Shown piece by piece: positions 1-14,600 of a DNA stretch of 64,000 nt; position 1 is the first letter of the stretch; each line of letters begins with the position of its first letter. The stretch comes from Catajapyx aquilonaris (lineage: Eukaryota). The notes under the pieces were generated by a model. It searched no databases. It had not been told where the DNA came from and saw only the letters and a program-made list of their open reading frames with translations. Location of the stretch: contig KZ538085.1 of NCBI GenBank assembly GCA_000934665.2, positions 62,001 through 126,000 on the forward strand, given 5' to 3'. A program made the translations under genes and the position numbers.

Positions 1-2080
1 GCACCGTTGGAAGAATCTCGTTATTATGTTAAGTATTTTGTAATTTTGTTGGGTAACTACTACTATCACGAGGGTAGTATTAATAGACCGGAAATAATGG
101 TGCTCAGTCAGGATCAGTTGCATGGCTTTTATCCGGACGCAAAAAAAAAAGTCAAGGTCGAGCCGAAGGCCATGAAAAGCTAGCTGGGAGATCAAATCAA
201 AAAAAAACTATAATAATATGTGCATGCAGATCCATTCCTTTTGTGTTGCCCAACACACACAGATGCTACACTTCACGTACAGTAAGCAGCAATTGCTGTG
301 TACGTCAGCAATGTATGGGTTTCGTGATGTGCCGCTAAGCACCTGCCGCATAAGGGATGGGAATAAGCTGCTGCAAATCCAGGGTGTATCCAATGGAGTA
401 CGAGATGGTACTGTACTGGCCTCAGTCTTGGGACGTTCCTCATTATCGTATGTAATGTGTTGGGAGGTGGTTAGTTTGGGCTGGGGCTAAACAACTGAAG
501 CCGAGCTTCAGTCCTCGTTCATTGGGGAGGAATTCTTATTTGGTATCTAGGTGTCATTGTGAAGAGCGATTACAGTGCTGACGCTGCAGTGAAAGGATCA
601 ACTACAGGCAATTGTCACACAGGTCCAGTTGCGTAGTTTCTTTCGTGCCAATCTTAACAACGTCAGCATCCATCTGAAAAAAATGTGTGCGCTGTGGGGA
701 TTTGGTGCAGGATATACTTACAATGAAACGTGTAGCTATTCAAACTTGCCCAACGTTCTTTACCATTCTGCCAAAAGTCCTGCATCGTTCACAATTACGA
801 GAGTCTTAAATCAACTGAAATCGCTCGTAAAACAGACTGTGTATTGAATGCGTACGCCATTACTAAGGCAATCCACTTGAAAAGCCGAGAGAGTCCCCTG
901 GAGATTATTTGGCATTTTATGTAGCAGTAATTATGAGGGTATGGTTTGTAGATAAGTGCAGATAACATTATAACAGATAAGTGTTTGATGGTGACAGGCA
1001 GACTCACTTTGGCAGAGAGATACCTGGTTACTTTGGGTGAAGCTACTGTTTACGTAGAAATGGTTGCTATCTGTTGGCAAGATAACTAAAGCAGATGATG
1101 GGAAAATAACACATCAGGAGATACTTCGGAAGCGAAAAATAAGTTGACAGCGAGTGACGAAAGTGTGAATTTCTTTTCAAAAGTCGCAAGCACTGTAGAA
1201 TACACAATTACACTACACGTTCAAAAATTAACGACGCTGCATCATTATTAAGTGATCCTAACATGTTTGGTTTTAGCCTCAATATGGAAATATGAGCAAT
1301 TCCACGTAAAAGTAAACATCTGGGACAAAAATTGAAAATGACTTGTTGGCAATGTGTGATACGTCGTTGGAATCAGAAAGAACCCAAATTGCGGCTTCTG
1401 AAATATATTTTGACATGGAACCTGAACTGGTAAAAGAAATTGCACCTGAATGTGTTACATTGTGAATGCGAAGTTGTGCATGAAATCACATGAACTTTGA
1501 CAGGCTTAAATGGGAACTTAAAATAAAAATAAATCCACTTTTCTTTGCACGGGGCTCAAGTCGAGGATGAAATGACCGCGTTCCTTGATGGAGAAGGACA
1601 GTCATTCGACATAAATGGTTGATCTTGGCATCAAAAGTGGACTCCGCGCGGTGTGTGGGGTGTAACGAAATAGATAAAAAAGTTTATGACAATGAGTGGG
1701 TTTTAGGGCAGTGGTGCTAGTTTTCAATATTCATTGACTAGACACCGTGAGCAATGTCTCATGTGAATTGAAAGTCATAGAATGCCACCAATTTCTGGCA
1801 GCATTGATAAGGAAGTTGTTATGGGGTGTAACGTTACACCCCTCACGTGGCACGGGTATGGGGTGCAACATATGCTCTATTCCCGTTTAAATGAAGTAGA
1901 GTCGTACATATTGTCACATTATGCTGAAAATTGTCTGATTATCTATACAGTAATATGATACAGGCCTACTGTACGCATGGGTGAAGGAATTCCCCACTCA
2001 ACACCTTTTACCAATCACCATCCTCTTGCATGACATGACACATCATTCCACCTTCCTCTTACCCACTCACACATGCGCGC

Positions 2081-2412
2081 GCACACACACCTACACACAA
2101 CACACACACACACATGTTATAAAGTGCTATCCTTGTGAGGGTCTGGCAAAAATAAAAATTTAAAACTAACCTAACCTAACCTAACCTAACCTAACCTACA
2201 AAATACACACGAAATTTTGGTGACCTATTTTTTCACAGTAAAAAGGAGGTCTTGGTTTGATTTTCCGCCATCCTTGTGAGGACTGTGTACATTATGAGGG
2301 CCTGAAAAAAGTCCTCGTAAGGTTTTCGGTCCTCACAAGGATAGGAAACTTGCGAAAAATATTCTCACAAGGATAGCAATGTCTGATCACCTACACACAC
2401 ACACACACACAC
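2081..2412. mobile_element. Small element embedded in a (CA)n tract, with internal (TAACC)n
   Basis: CTATCCTTGTGAG near 2127 is inverted as CTCACAAGGATAG near 2332 and 2364. (CA)n lies on both flanks, each containing CACCTACACACA. TAACC array at about 2165-2198. Confidence 0.55.
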
Positions 2413-2469
2413 CCAGCCTTGTTTTCACTAAGGCGTGGGGACGGACATTGACCGCTTTTGTAAGCGAGT

Positions 2470-2510
2470 GTAACCTAACCTAACCTAACCTAACCTACCC
2501 TACCCTAACG
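2470..2510. repeat. (TAACC)n array, the arthropod telomere-type TTAGG motif, interstitial
   Basis: TAACCTAACCTAACC... about 5-7 partly degenerate units; a second array lies at 2165-2198. Confidence 0.8.
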
Positions 2511-3290
2511 AACCTAGACTGAGAGATATGGACTTTTGTGAAACCCTACAACTGAAAATAGTGGGGACATGTCCCCACTAATTTACACATGTCCCCACTC
2601 TATAATAGTACACAGTGTGTCAAAAACACTGTGGGGACCCAAGCGTCAGCGTCACTGCCGCAAGTGATGGCCGTTGGCAACATGCGGCGGGGATGGTAGA
2701 CTTTTTGTGCATTTCAATGTATTGTATATAGATGAATAAACTTGTTCTAGATGTTGAAGTGTACTCGTACGTGGTATTTTGTGCGGTTCTCCATTTCCAA
2801 ATTCGCACGTTATGGGGTGTAACGTTTTTCATGTTTGGGGTGTAACGACTTCGGATGACTGTTACGTAATGGCCATTGGTCATAAGAGTAAAATATAGTC
2901 ATAGAAAGCTAGCCCGAAGCCTATTTGGCACGTCTGTGAAAATCACAGCTCATTTTACTCACACCAATCACAGGAATTTAAATGAACTCTCAGGTCACTT
3001 TTCCTGCTGTACATTTCGCGTTATGGGGTGTAACGGAAGTTTACAGGGCTACAAAACCTTAACAAATTTTTATATTTCATTGAACCTTCACAACTCGACA
3101 GCTGCACCTGTCGACTAAATGCCCTGTGAAAGTGATGACTTGAAACCCCCGTTTTCCCATTTAAATCTTGCGTCAAAGTTCAAAAATTGTGTGCGATGTG
3201 TGGGGTGTAACATATGGAATTGCTCATATGTGATTTGAAGAATTTGGCCTACACTTCATGATGACTGATTACATTTTTTTTTCCACGCAG

Positions 3291-6200
3291 CACTGGGATC
3301 CTACTCGTCCATCCCCGACAATGAAGGACTTTGACCGCAAGCTGACAGAGACAGACTCCTACTTGCAAATCCTGATTGATCAGGTCAAGTCTCTGGAGAG
3401 GAGGATAGACAAGTGTGAGGACTCGGAGGAGAAGGAGAAATGCATAGGGATCAGGGACAGAGCTAATGTGAGTGGAAAAAGGTACAGGGTGAGTCACACG
3501 AACATCTGTTGCCTTCAGTTTGAGCAATAAAGTAGATGGGAATCAGGATCGTATGTGTTTGGTAATGTGATACTGTCAAGAAAGGGGTGTACCTCGCATC
3601 TAGTTGCACTGTTGACGCAAAATGAAATCATCGTGCTATTGACAATGCGCGTTAGAGTCCATTTTATTCATTTTCATTATGTGAGGTAGTTGACGTAAGA
3701 CCACTGTAGATAATAGTGAAATTATGAACGGTTACAGGGGAATTTTTTAATGAAAATTTAGAAAATGCATCATCTTATCCCTGGAGATTTTGGGTTAGTA
3801 GATTTAATTGCTGAATTTTTGGCTCACGCTGACGGCAAGAATGTAGAGAGTTGTTGTGGCCCACAGAATGCAAGTGATAGTATTGTTGCTACTTTTACTA
3901 ATTGTTTGCCTTTGCAGGATATGCTGGAGTCCATCAAGCATTCCATCGTCTTGTTGCAAATAGCAAAGGTAACGATTTGCATGAAAAAAAGGTTGATAGT
4001 TATCATATGTTGAAAGGTGAACCTTTGGTTCAGTTCGTACTGCAGGCGAATTGTGATTCCCTATCAGTGTGTCGTTACCATTTTTAAATGTGTCGTTGAA
4101 TTTGGAGGATGACGATTCATCTTATTTTACTATGTCACTGAATATTGTTTGTAAAGGATATGCACTGTGTGGTGTATGGGTCGCACATTTTATGCGTCGC
4201 TCATTTCTTCCAGAACACAGCGTTTCCAATAAACGGTGTGTACCAGGGCCCCATACCCATTCCAGTAGAGGCCCCTCCTCGCACCCCACCTCAGAGGAGT
4301 CAGTACCGAACAAGTGAGTGCATTCTTTAGTGTGTCTGCCATGGTGACATAATTACTGTTACTGTGGTTTCTCGTTCTCTGGAATATTACCACAACTAAT
4401 TAAAGAAGTTGAATTACACAACATTAGCTTATAAATACAAATATAAAAGATGTCTTTGATGTTTTCAGCCTCTTATCCTATGGTGAGGCAGAGTGGAGAT
4501 GATGTACAACCTGGAATAGAGCTTGCCTCTGAGTGCAAAGAGAGTGGGGGCTGCCTGGCAGGAGCAGGGGCTGCCCCTGGGCCAAACCCACCTCCTGGGG
4601 CCACTGCTGCTGCCGCCCTTGCTGCTGCAGCTGCAGGACATACAAACACCAAAGGTCAGCAACTGACAGCCACTGCAGTATTCAATGAGAGCTGTTAATG
4701 TGGTCGGGAACATATTGATTAGATCATTTATTTAGGTAGCTAGAGCATTTATAGTTAGTTGTCCTCATAGCAAGACATGCTACAATGTTGTGTAGAAAAA
4801 TACTTACATCGAGAAGAAATGCGATGAACAATGTTACAATGCTTAATTGTTGACGTCCGTGGAATATGTCAAGAATCCTATGGCAAGGAGTCATGGGTTT
4901 TTATAGCTGTGGGATTGGCTGTAGGAGTGAAACTTTCTAGTGTCAATAAGAGATTAGCATTCTTCAGTAGTCCAATTCAGCTGTTATGTGCATGCGTAGA
5001 CTGTGTGTTAGACAACGTACTTGCATTTTCAGTCCCAGTGGGAGTCCCGCTGTCCCTTCCAGTGCCAGCAACTTCGTACTCAAGCTCTGAGGAAGAGGAC
5101 CTCTACTACGATGCCAACGATGACACCATTTCAAACCTTAGCCAGAGTGTCAGGTAGCTATCACACTTGCCTATTTATTCATGTTGCTCGAATTGATTTC
5201 AAAATTGGATTTGATTCCCGTTAATAATTCCTGTACTCTCGTGCAGTGTGGCGCAGAGTTTTGAAGATGCAATGGATGTAGGATCTGGCATCATGGGAGT
5301 GAAGACGGGCTCCACCCTTCCCTCGTCGGCTTCATCAACACCAAAGGAGCGAAGAAGGAGCAGCGTCTGTAGCAGGAGGGTCAATCTTACTGACTATGAT
5401 GGTTAGCGTACATATACCATTATCCGTAAACTCTCAAACAACAAGGTGAAGACTAATGCGAATGGCGTATCTTTACGTTTCAGCCATGTATGAAGATGAC
5501 TCAGAGGATGAATGTGAGTATCTACATGGTGTTTTTTTTTCGTGGAAGGGGGAGGTGGGTTGTTGAAAGTTCCACATGATGTTTTCAATACACATGTATT
5601 ATTTTATGGTGGAACAGGCAGTGTGAGGAATGTGTTTTTAGAAAGAAACTCGTGTCCATTAATGAAATCCAACTTGTTTTTTTTCCCCGTAACAATGCTC
5701 CAATTTCTTATTGCCATGGAAACACGTTTGCAGAGCGGTCAAGAGGAGTTGATGGCATCATTTTGAACTTTCAATAATCGAAATGTGGGAAACGTCACTG
5801 CACGATAATTTGACTGTCAATTTTTGCCGAGGGTTGAATCATATTGCTTTTAAAGAGCCAGCAATGGCCAATGGTCTTTCCTGCTATTATTTGGCTTTTT
5901 TTTTCTTCGCCTCCCTTCCCCCCCATTTTCCACTTGTATTGCAGTGGGATCGATGGAGAGCCACGGGTCTGTGATATCCCACCTGCTGTCCCAGGTCAAG
6001 ATAGGGATGGATCTGACAAAAGTGGTGCTGCCGACCTTTATTCTTGAGAGGAGGTCGTTGTTGGAGATGTACGCAGACTTTTTCGCCCATCCACATATAT
6101 TTCTGAGGTGAGTAATGTCACACCATGCCATGTACAATATTATACTTTACAGGTACATTCTCCTCCTGCTTCATTGCTCAACTACGATGTTTCAGTATCC

Positions 6201-8656
6201 CTGACCATAAGGAACCAAAGGATCGAATGATTCAAGTCCTTCGATGGTATCTCTCTGCCTTCCATGCCGGGAGGAAGAGTTCTGTGGCCAAGAAGCCGTA
6301 CAACCCAATCCTTGGGGAGACCTTCAGGTGCCACTGGGACATTCCAGCGATGGAAGGTGGGGCAGGAGGTCACCACCGTGGCAATGGGGTGGTGTCAGAC
6401 GGACCGGTTCCCTGGTGCAGAGAGGAGCAGCTCACTTTCCTGGCAGAGCAGGTCTCGCATCACCCGCCAAGTGAGCACAGATTCATTAATCGTTTGGCCT
6501 CAGGCTGAATAGTAAGAAAAGAATTTGTGGTGAGATAATTAGAAATGTAGAGGCATGTGTAATTATGGCAATGCAAGATGTGTAATTGGACAAATATTAT
6601 GCAACTGATGTATTCTTGCTTGAACTTGCATGGGCTGGAAATAAACATGCTGTTTGGTACAGCATCGATAGTTCCGCAAAAGTGATGCTGATGTTTTAAA
6701 ATAAACTGTGCTTGGTGAGCTGAATGAGTGCAGAGAGAGTGGAATTAACGTTGCCTAATGTTTTTCTCAGTCTCTGCTTTCTACGCTGAGCATGTTCCCA
6801 AAAGGGTAAGCTTCTGTGCGCACATATGGACCAAGTCCAAGTTCCTGGGGCTGTCCATTGGGGTCCACAACATTGGGCAAGGATGCGTCTCGGTTCTTGA
6901 CCATGGGGAGGAATACATCATCACCTTTCCCAATGGATATGGACGGTGAGCATTCACTCTTGCCTTACGTACCACAACTCAGATAGCTGGGTTGTTGAAA
7001 AGCACTGAAGGGAAATGATGCAACTTTTGCGTTATACGTGCGATTCCCACCTTGATAATAATTGCGATGTCCATTTCCACAGCTCGATCTTGACAGTCCC
7101 GTGGGTTGAGTTGGGAGGATCTGTGACCCTTTCATGCGCCCAGACAGGCTACTCCGCAAACGTGGAGTTTCATGTGAAGCCCTTCTACGGCGGAAAGAAG
7201 AATCGAATCACTGCAGAGGTGTTTGCTCCCACGGATCCAAAGAAGGCTCTCATCCAAGTCCAGGGCGAATGGAATGGAGCCATGATCGCCAAGTGGCCTG
7301 ATGGGGTCAGTTTGGTATTCACTAGCACAACCTCAGACATTTACAGTCCGTTCTGATTGAACTCAATTTACTTGTCATTTGTAACAAATTAATTTTGCGT
7401 AATTGGAAATTAAAATGGCAAATCAATGGTGTTAAATTTTTTGCAAACTTCTTCAAATGATAATGCTTGCAGTAGGATACAGCAATGACTTTTTTTTAAA
7501 CCCTAAAGTAGGTGTTCTCACTCTCATTTTCAGACCAATAACGTTTAATTTAGTTTTCAAAACATACATGCAAGAGCCTTAGAACTGTTGCTATTAAGAT
7601 TTGTTGTTTTACTTTTACATCGACAGTGAACTTTATTTTTCACCAACTAATTGCTTTTGGTTTTGTCATTGTGACAGAGGTCGGAAGAGTTCGTGGATGT
7701 GTCAAAGATGGATATTGTCAGGAAGAGGGTGAGGCCTATCTCACAACAGGAGACGTACGAGTCTAGGAGGCTCTGGAAGGAGGTCACAGCAGGTCTAAGG
7801 TCAGTCCACTTGGCAGGCTACGCTGTAAACATCATGCTGTTAACTAAAATAATGAACAACCTAGAAAGTCCCATGACCAATGACATATCGGACCATTATT
7901 GCTACTACATTCAATTAGCCTTCTGGCTTATTTAAATAAATTAGTGTCAATTTCAGTGCTTATTTTAACACTTATGTTTTCATCCCTCAGGCTTAACGAC
8001 ATCCAGAGGGCCACAGGAGCCAAGTTCAACTTGGAGCAGAGGCAGAGAGATGAGGCCAGGGTCAGAAAGGAGAGAGGGCTTGAATGGGAAACTAAGGTCA
8101 GTCGGACGCGGAGACCCACCCAATGCAGCTCACAATGATAATAGCAAGGGATTTAATTTAGACATCAGGGCTGTGCAGTGGTTTACATGTTCGTGGCAGT
8201 TTAATTGAAATGTTAAGTTGCATGACTGCACCTGGTCGAGGGGTGGATGTCTTGTACAAGTGCAACCCTAAAGGAGGCCACATGAAGTGATTTATGCAAA
8301 TGCAAAACCTTGACAAATTAATCAGGACACAAGCGACTTTGTGAATGAGGAAAAATTTTAGGCGGGAACAAGGAAAAGGGGAAGGAGGAAGCCAAATTTT
8401 GAGACAAGGAATGACTGATATTAATAATGCATGATTTGTTTACTGCTTTGCCTCGTGAAAAACTTCAGCCGCATTTCTTCTTCTTCCTCAGATGTTTCAC
8501 TTGGTTGGTGAGAACTGGGTTTACGACCAGCCCTTGCAAAAGAGGTTGTCTTTGGCAGCAAGTGTACAACAACAACAACAACAACAGCAACAACAACAGC
8601 AGGAGCAGGAGCAGCATCAACATGAACAAGAACAACAACAGCCCAGTGACTCATGA
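3291..8656 (+). CDS. OSBPL9: Oxysterol-binding protein-related protein 9 (3' part; N-terminal PH exons lie upstream of the window)
   Basis: Spliced exons approx. 3291-3467, 3918-3968, 4214-4313, 4469-4654, 5032-5152, ~5247-5401, ~5484-5513, 5945-6107, 6196-6469, 6771-6945, 7083-7305, 7678-7799, 7991-8095, 8492-8656. Motifs: [31 protein letters not shown], the OSBP signature [22 protein letters not shown], and FFAT-like DLYYDAND. Confidence 0.93.
8566..8642 (+). repeat. CAA/CAG repeat encoding a polyQ-rich C-terminal tail of OSBPL9
   Basis: Last exon reads ...LSLAASV, a run of about 13 Q, then [18 protein letters not shown]. Confidence 0.8.
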
Positions 8657-11600
8657 GCTGTAAAATGTAAAAATCTACTCTCTGATGCCCAAGGGGGCAA
8701 TAATAATACTCCTCGTACGTTAGGCGACTTCCAAAAAAATAAATAAGCCTCACTATTACCTTAAAATCGAAAAACTGTGTCCACACACATATAACGAACA
8801 TAGTCAAAAACTACTACAGTTTATTGTTATTGTTTGTGATGCAGATTTGTAGGTAAATAATAATAGTACCAGGTACTGTACATACCAGTATGTTGGAGAA
8901 AATATCATTGTCGAGTTGAGAGCATTGTTTAGCTGGATCCTCGCACTTGTGTTACAATTTTCAGTTTTTGGCTGTAAACATGCCAAAAAAAAATAATAAT
9001 TATAAATATATATTAAGAGAAAGATATATATGAGTGGGATACAAATGGTGATGTATTTACACTTTTTTGCAAGTTCAGTATTTTGCATGGCAAAATGAGA
9101 GTTGCAGCTACTTTTTTGCTCACTTTCAGATCTACTTAACAAAATAATGATAATAACAATAATAAAGTACACTCCCTCCAGCATATTTCGGACTCGTTAG
9201 ATGCTTTTAAAAAAAAAATAGGGATCTTAGCCCAGCTGCTCATTCAATGTCATAGTCCATATCAAACGGCTGCATTCCATAGGAAAACAGGAAAATAATA
9301 AGCACTCTCTAAACTAATGGACTTTTAGACTGAACTCCAGGTAATACATGTGCATGTAAAATGTATAAAGGATGTGAGAGGGAGGGCTTTAATGGCCCAG
9401 GGTAGTGTAACTTGTACGTGTCTTGTGTAAATAGTACCCACATAATTACAAGGCTGTAACAGTGTATGGAGAAGGAGAAGCACAGACTGACACAACGGGA
9501 CGACTTTCATTTCCCCCCCGTCTTAACCCGCATTTAATTAATTTCCACAGGTGTTTGTACAGCATGTGATGCAGTAATGATTGGCAGGCCGAAGTCTGTT
9601 GGGTGTTAGAACAATTACGGCATTTGCAGGATGTAAACGCCTCCGTAAATGCAATGCACATGGGGGCGAAACTTCATTTCTGTACTACGCTTCCAGACGG
9701 ATGACCAAATCAAGTGTCTCGCCATTATCACACATTTGCGACACGTTTTCTCATTTTCACCCGCGAAGGACACGCATGTTGTGCACTTTTTTTTTTGTTA
9801 TATGCGGACTGGGCTAACTAACACGTCACTCAGGATGAACCATCGAAAAAGAAGAAATGAATGTTCCATTTCCAGTCTTTTGTTCAAGGTTTCAGAACAG
9901 GCTGATTTATGGTGTCATGCTGCGTCGTGTAAGCAATTGGAATTTACTGGGCCATCGTTTTCATAACTGGTGCCATTATTCATCCGGCCGATACCTGTAT
10001 TTTGTGTCCTTAGCTGCAGAATTAGGAGCCGCATCGCCAGAATGCAAAGCAGATCCTTAATGTCAATAATCAAGGTTTGGCAGTGAATTAATCTACATTA
10101 GTAGTCTGAATGCATAGCGGGTGAACCCTGATTGGTCATGCAGGAATTCATTCGTGATGTGTAATGGCCCGTATGTGGGCGGGGGGAGAAATTAAAAGTG
10201 AGGCAACAGAAGGGGGATGGAATGAGTGGAAATATGGGTTTAGATGGAAAGCGAAAGTGGCCCTGCCACTTCGTAAATCGCCCGGGTCACCTGTGACCTC
10301 GAGTAAGGTCACCTTGCGCTCCTTGCATGTGGCCCACAGGAAAAATAGACTCCTTGATTAAAAAACATGTTTATCGGTTATGCATCTTCCTGATGCAGTA
10401 TCTCACCCACAGCAAGTTTGACTGCGTAACAGAGGTTGATTACACTCTGCTTAGATGTAATGAGACCATGAGTTCATTAAGTCTTTTTGGAAGCGAAAAG
10501 AGGAGGCTAACGAGAAGTCCCTTTCCAAAAGCTATAAGTGGAAGTGAATTGCACTTGACGTTACTCGCATCGGTGTCATCCCGGAGAAGAGTCCGGCTGA
10601 GCACACATATGACGGATGCTTCTTGACATGATGAGAGGGGCCATTGTCACGGTGACTGTTGCATTCATCACGACTTCGGGTGCAGTGAAAGCACCCAGTT
10701 CACCCATGATCCTAACCCCAGCTCTTACATATTTTCAGATGCGTACTTGAGTGCCCAGGAATGCCATCCTTGGGTGCCTCCTTTGAGATGGACGAAAAGA
10801 GCAGCCTTGAATGAAGACAGCTTCCAAGAAACCACTTTTGCCCAACCTGGCCAACTTTCCCCAAAAGGATTCCCAGTATCTTCTCAACTGATCGGCTCAC
10901 CTGGTGCGACATCCACTCTTGAGAGTACTTGGTAACTAACGCATTGATTAGAAGGATGTTGCCCCACATATGTTGTGTCGGCCCCTATGTGAACATGATC
11001 CAGAAACCGTGCCTGGTTTATTCCACCCACAAGAAAACACCCAGGCTTTCTATCCCATTCACTTTCACCGGGCCAGCTCAATTGTGGCACGTTGTCCTGA
11101 TCAGAGTTTGCTTACCAATAATAGACACCCATGACCTTTTCAGGTTGCCGGCACCAGAAAAAATTTGGGACATGTAATAAGGATAGTCGTACAAGTAATG
11201 TACGGCTCTGGAACTGAGCCAGTAGCATGTCTTCCTGAAGCCACACGCTTTCACCTCCCAACCGAAAAGCAAAAAAAAAATGAATTTTTTTCTCTTCTAG
11301 GTTTTAACGCCGCCGACCCCCACGACACACGATGTCATGTGTCAACCGGGCGCTGTCCGAACTCTGTAAGGCAACACCAGGAACACGATCACGTCGATGC
11401 CATCTGATGTAATCGACCACTCTCACTCACCACTTTAAATGTCACATTTTTGGCTCTCACTTTTAACAGGTATCACAATATTAACACATATACTACTGTA
11501 TAGTAATACAAGGTGGCACACTGCCCCAGTTATCCACCTCTTCAGATTGGTCACTCCAGCAACATTATTTGCTGTAGTGCACAATTTGTCTTCTTCCTTT

Positions 11601-14600
11601 TTTTTGTGGTTTGAGCTGTGCTTTAGGTGTGTGCGGCCAGGCTGTACATACAACGTAAGCAGAGTTCCGTCAACCGGGTGACATACGGGTTATCCTTGAG
11701 CATGAGATCATAAAGGTCACTTGCATATTATTTTCTGTTAGATCCCACCGCATTCTTTGCCTCCAGTCGCGTGTAGGTCTCTCGTTGGTCTGGCCTCACA
11801 GTCTTACAGGTGGACACTTATTATTGAGACCAAAATTAATTGACCTCCCCAGGTTGTTCGCCTTGGGATTGAAGAAGACTGCCATAAACGAGATCTGGTA
11901 TTGGGGCTTCATTTCAAGGACTGGCATAAACGTGGAAATCCCGGACATGTGTTAAATACTGCACTGGTTTAGTACAAATTGGGTGGAAAATGTCAAGGAG
12001 ATGTGGGTTAGATATGGTTTCTGGAGTGCTGTAAACTCATCTGGATACCGGTTGTGTACCGCAATGCAGCAGCCTCCACTCTGGAGGAATGTCCATTAAA
12101 TAAAAGGACATTGCCATTGCAGCAGGCCCTCCTGGTGTGGTTTATTAGAGGCGCACAGGCAACTAAGGCCACATTGCCCGACTGAAAGGCGACGTATCCA
12201 TTGGATTATTTTGGATATGTGTCGCCTATTAGTGCGTTAATCACTGTTAATGGCTCATTAATTGCAGGATTTTCTCCCCTATAAGTGTCGTACACCACAC
12301 TCTTTTACTGATCATTAAGCCACGTTAAATTCGGTAATTGATGACCGCATGAGAGTCACGTATAACTGGTTGCGACCTCTTAGTTGCATGGTATTTCGCA
12401 GTGCTAATATCGTGCGAAAAAGGCAATCGACGCATAAGTGGTGAAAGGGTATGGTTGGGGCCAACACCAGACATCACGGGGAGGGCGCGCATGCAATTTG
12501 GAAATTGCAACGATAATTGTTTTTTACATCGTGTACTGCACCAAACACTCTTAGTCAATTGGCATGTAAATGAGTGCTTATGCAATAATTGTGCAATGAC
12601 CATTTGACCTTGGCAGTCCAAGCAAGGTCTTTCAGCATATTGTGCGTATATACTGTGGGGGGTCAAAGGTCAGTAAAAGTGATTCGCTTATATAATGCGT
12701 TCCTTTCAGACAATGATGTGAGGATGTCCGGCTGGTGCCCTACATATTTTTGGTTGCATGCTGGTCAGACAACATTTTAGCCGGCAGAAGCCTGTGGGCA
12801 GAAGAGAGAGAGAGAGAAGAGAAGAGAAAAAAAAGACCTTGGTCCATTGACCACCTGAAGCCCACAAGACAAGGGCCGCCCTACTTGGAGCCAAACCCAA
12901 AGCAATCTTACGAGTCATCGCAATTGCTAATTTATGTTTACATTACAGGACAGCAGGTGAAGTGAACTCGAATTTCTCTCTTTAGAAAAAAAAAACGCAG
13001 AATATTCCAGCTTCTCATCAAACAATTATTTCATTTGCGACTCTTCTATTGTCTGTATGGCCTCTAAGTGCACAGGAAGCTATTTGCAATGTCAATTGGC
13101 ATCATTTTTGTGGGTCATTGTCCCTTGTTTTAAACGCTAATCGTTCAATCGGGGTTGACGTCACGCGCATTTATTAATTTTGTCATTAATAAAACTGGTC
13201 GGAGGTAGCAAGAAATGATGTCACGACATTTTGGTGATATTTTAACACCTTGTGATGAGTCCTCTGTGATTTATGTGGCTTGCAAACGATGCAGTAGGAA
13301 GTAAGCTATGATGTCACACCAATTGCTGGCAACAAAGTTTTTGCGAAACGGAACTTCGTTTATGACGATGATTTGCAATTAAATTAGTAGTACCCGACGA
13401 ACAAATAGCTCCAAATGCTACCGTCATCTCCTGGTCGACCTCGCATTAACACATGTGCATAAATCACAGCTGGAAGAAAGAAGGAAAAAAATTGTCATGG
13501 TCGTCCAGAATGCGGTGACCTTTTGACCTCCCTCGGCTAGACGTACGCTCCTTGGTCACTCCCGCGTTCAAGTCTCATCCTTGGAAATATGGGGGCAAAA
13601 GGTGACCTCATCCGCGAATTTTTTTCGGGAGAGAAAATATTTTGGCACCATGGGGTGTCCAGAAAAAGAAAATCCGAAAAATCGAGTCCAAGGTCAATAT
13701 GACCTTCCAGGGGTCAGGTGCCATCGAATAAACTGTTTTCTCTTCACCAAAGACGCCCGCATCGTAAAAACGGTTGCGTCAAGGTGGCCTCTTCAGCTCC
13801 CCCCAAAAAAAGTCATGTCCATTTCTCAACTTCATGTTAGGACACAAGAAAGTCCTATGGGGAGCGTAGGAAGACGATCCAATCAGAAAATAATTCACAT
13901 GAAGAAAAAAAAATGCACGCAAATTTTTAGCGTACGGCGACCTTGTTGCAAACACACGCACTTTTTTGTTTGTTGACGCACACAGAAAAATATGATGATT
14001 TGTCATTTTCGGTTCTTGAAGTAGGCCTACGAAAAAATAGTGCTGATCATTTTGGTATGTCGCGCATTTTAAGTTCTGGTTTCCGGTCAAGGAAGGTCCT
14101 GTACATCCCCCCCCCCAAAAAAAAGTGTACGGTCGTGAGCAACAATTATATTATTATTGGCACATTAACAGGGTGTAATATTAGACCACAAAGATATAAC
14201 TTTCTTTGTCAACGATGAGTGATGGATATTCCAGTTGTCACATGTTCGCTACGGTGCATTTGCTGCCAACAATTGTGACACATGTCTGTAACAGTGACAT
14301 CGAGAAGGTCATGATGACCGGGAATAATGACCAATGTTATTGTCTGCTCCCCCNCCCCCCCCCCCAAATCCTTATAAACTCACCCAAGATTATTTTTTCC
14401 CCCTGATGATACCCGAGCACCGCTTTCCCTTTCTACCATGTTGAGAACAAGTTGCACGAGCCAATGGAAGTTGCCAAATGGGTTGCTGTCCACCCTCGAG
14501 GCAGATTCACCCCTTTAAGTCGTGATAGTGCCACTCACTCTATAGTGATTAATTTCACTTTAAAGGGAGGGAGAGAAAAAAACATGTTAATGAGCTTTGG

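Larger units (their letters stand above)
1294..3225. mobile_element. Non-autonomous DNA transposon, Sola2-like termini, in an OSBPL9 intron
   Basis: 11-bp TIR GAGCAATTCCA (1294-1304) / TGGAATTGCTC (3215-3225), flanked on both sides by ATAT (1290-1293, 3226-3229). The motif GGGGTGTAAC recurs about 6 times inside. No transposase ORF. Superfamily inferred from GAG..CTC ends plus a 4-bp TSD. Confidence 0.65.

Noticed and set aside
2165..2510. TAACC arrays as a telomere or fusion site
   Set aside because: Short, intronic and embedded in TE-like sequence
14354..14354. Single N in a poly-C run
   Set aside because: Sequencing ambiguity, not biology
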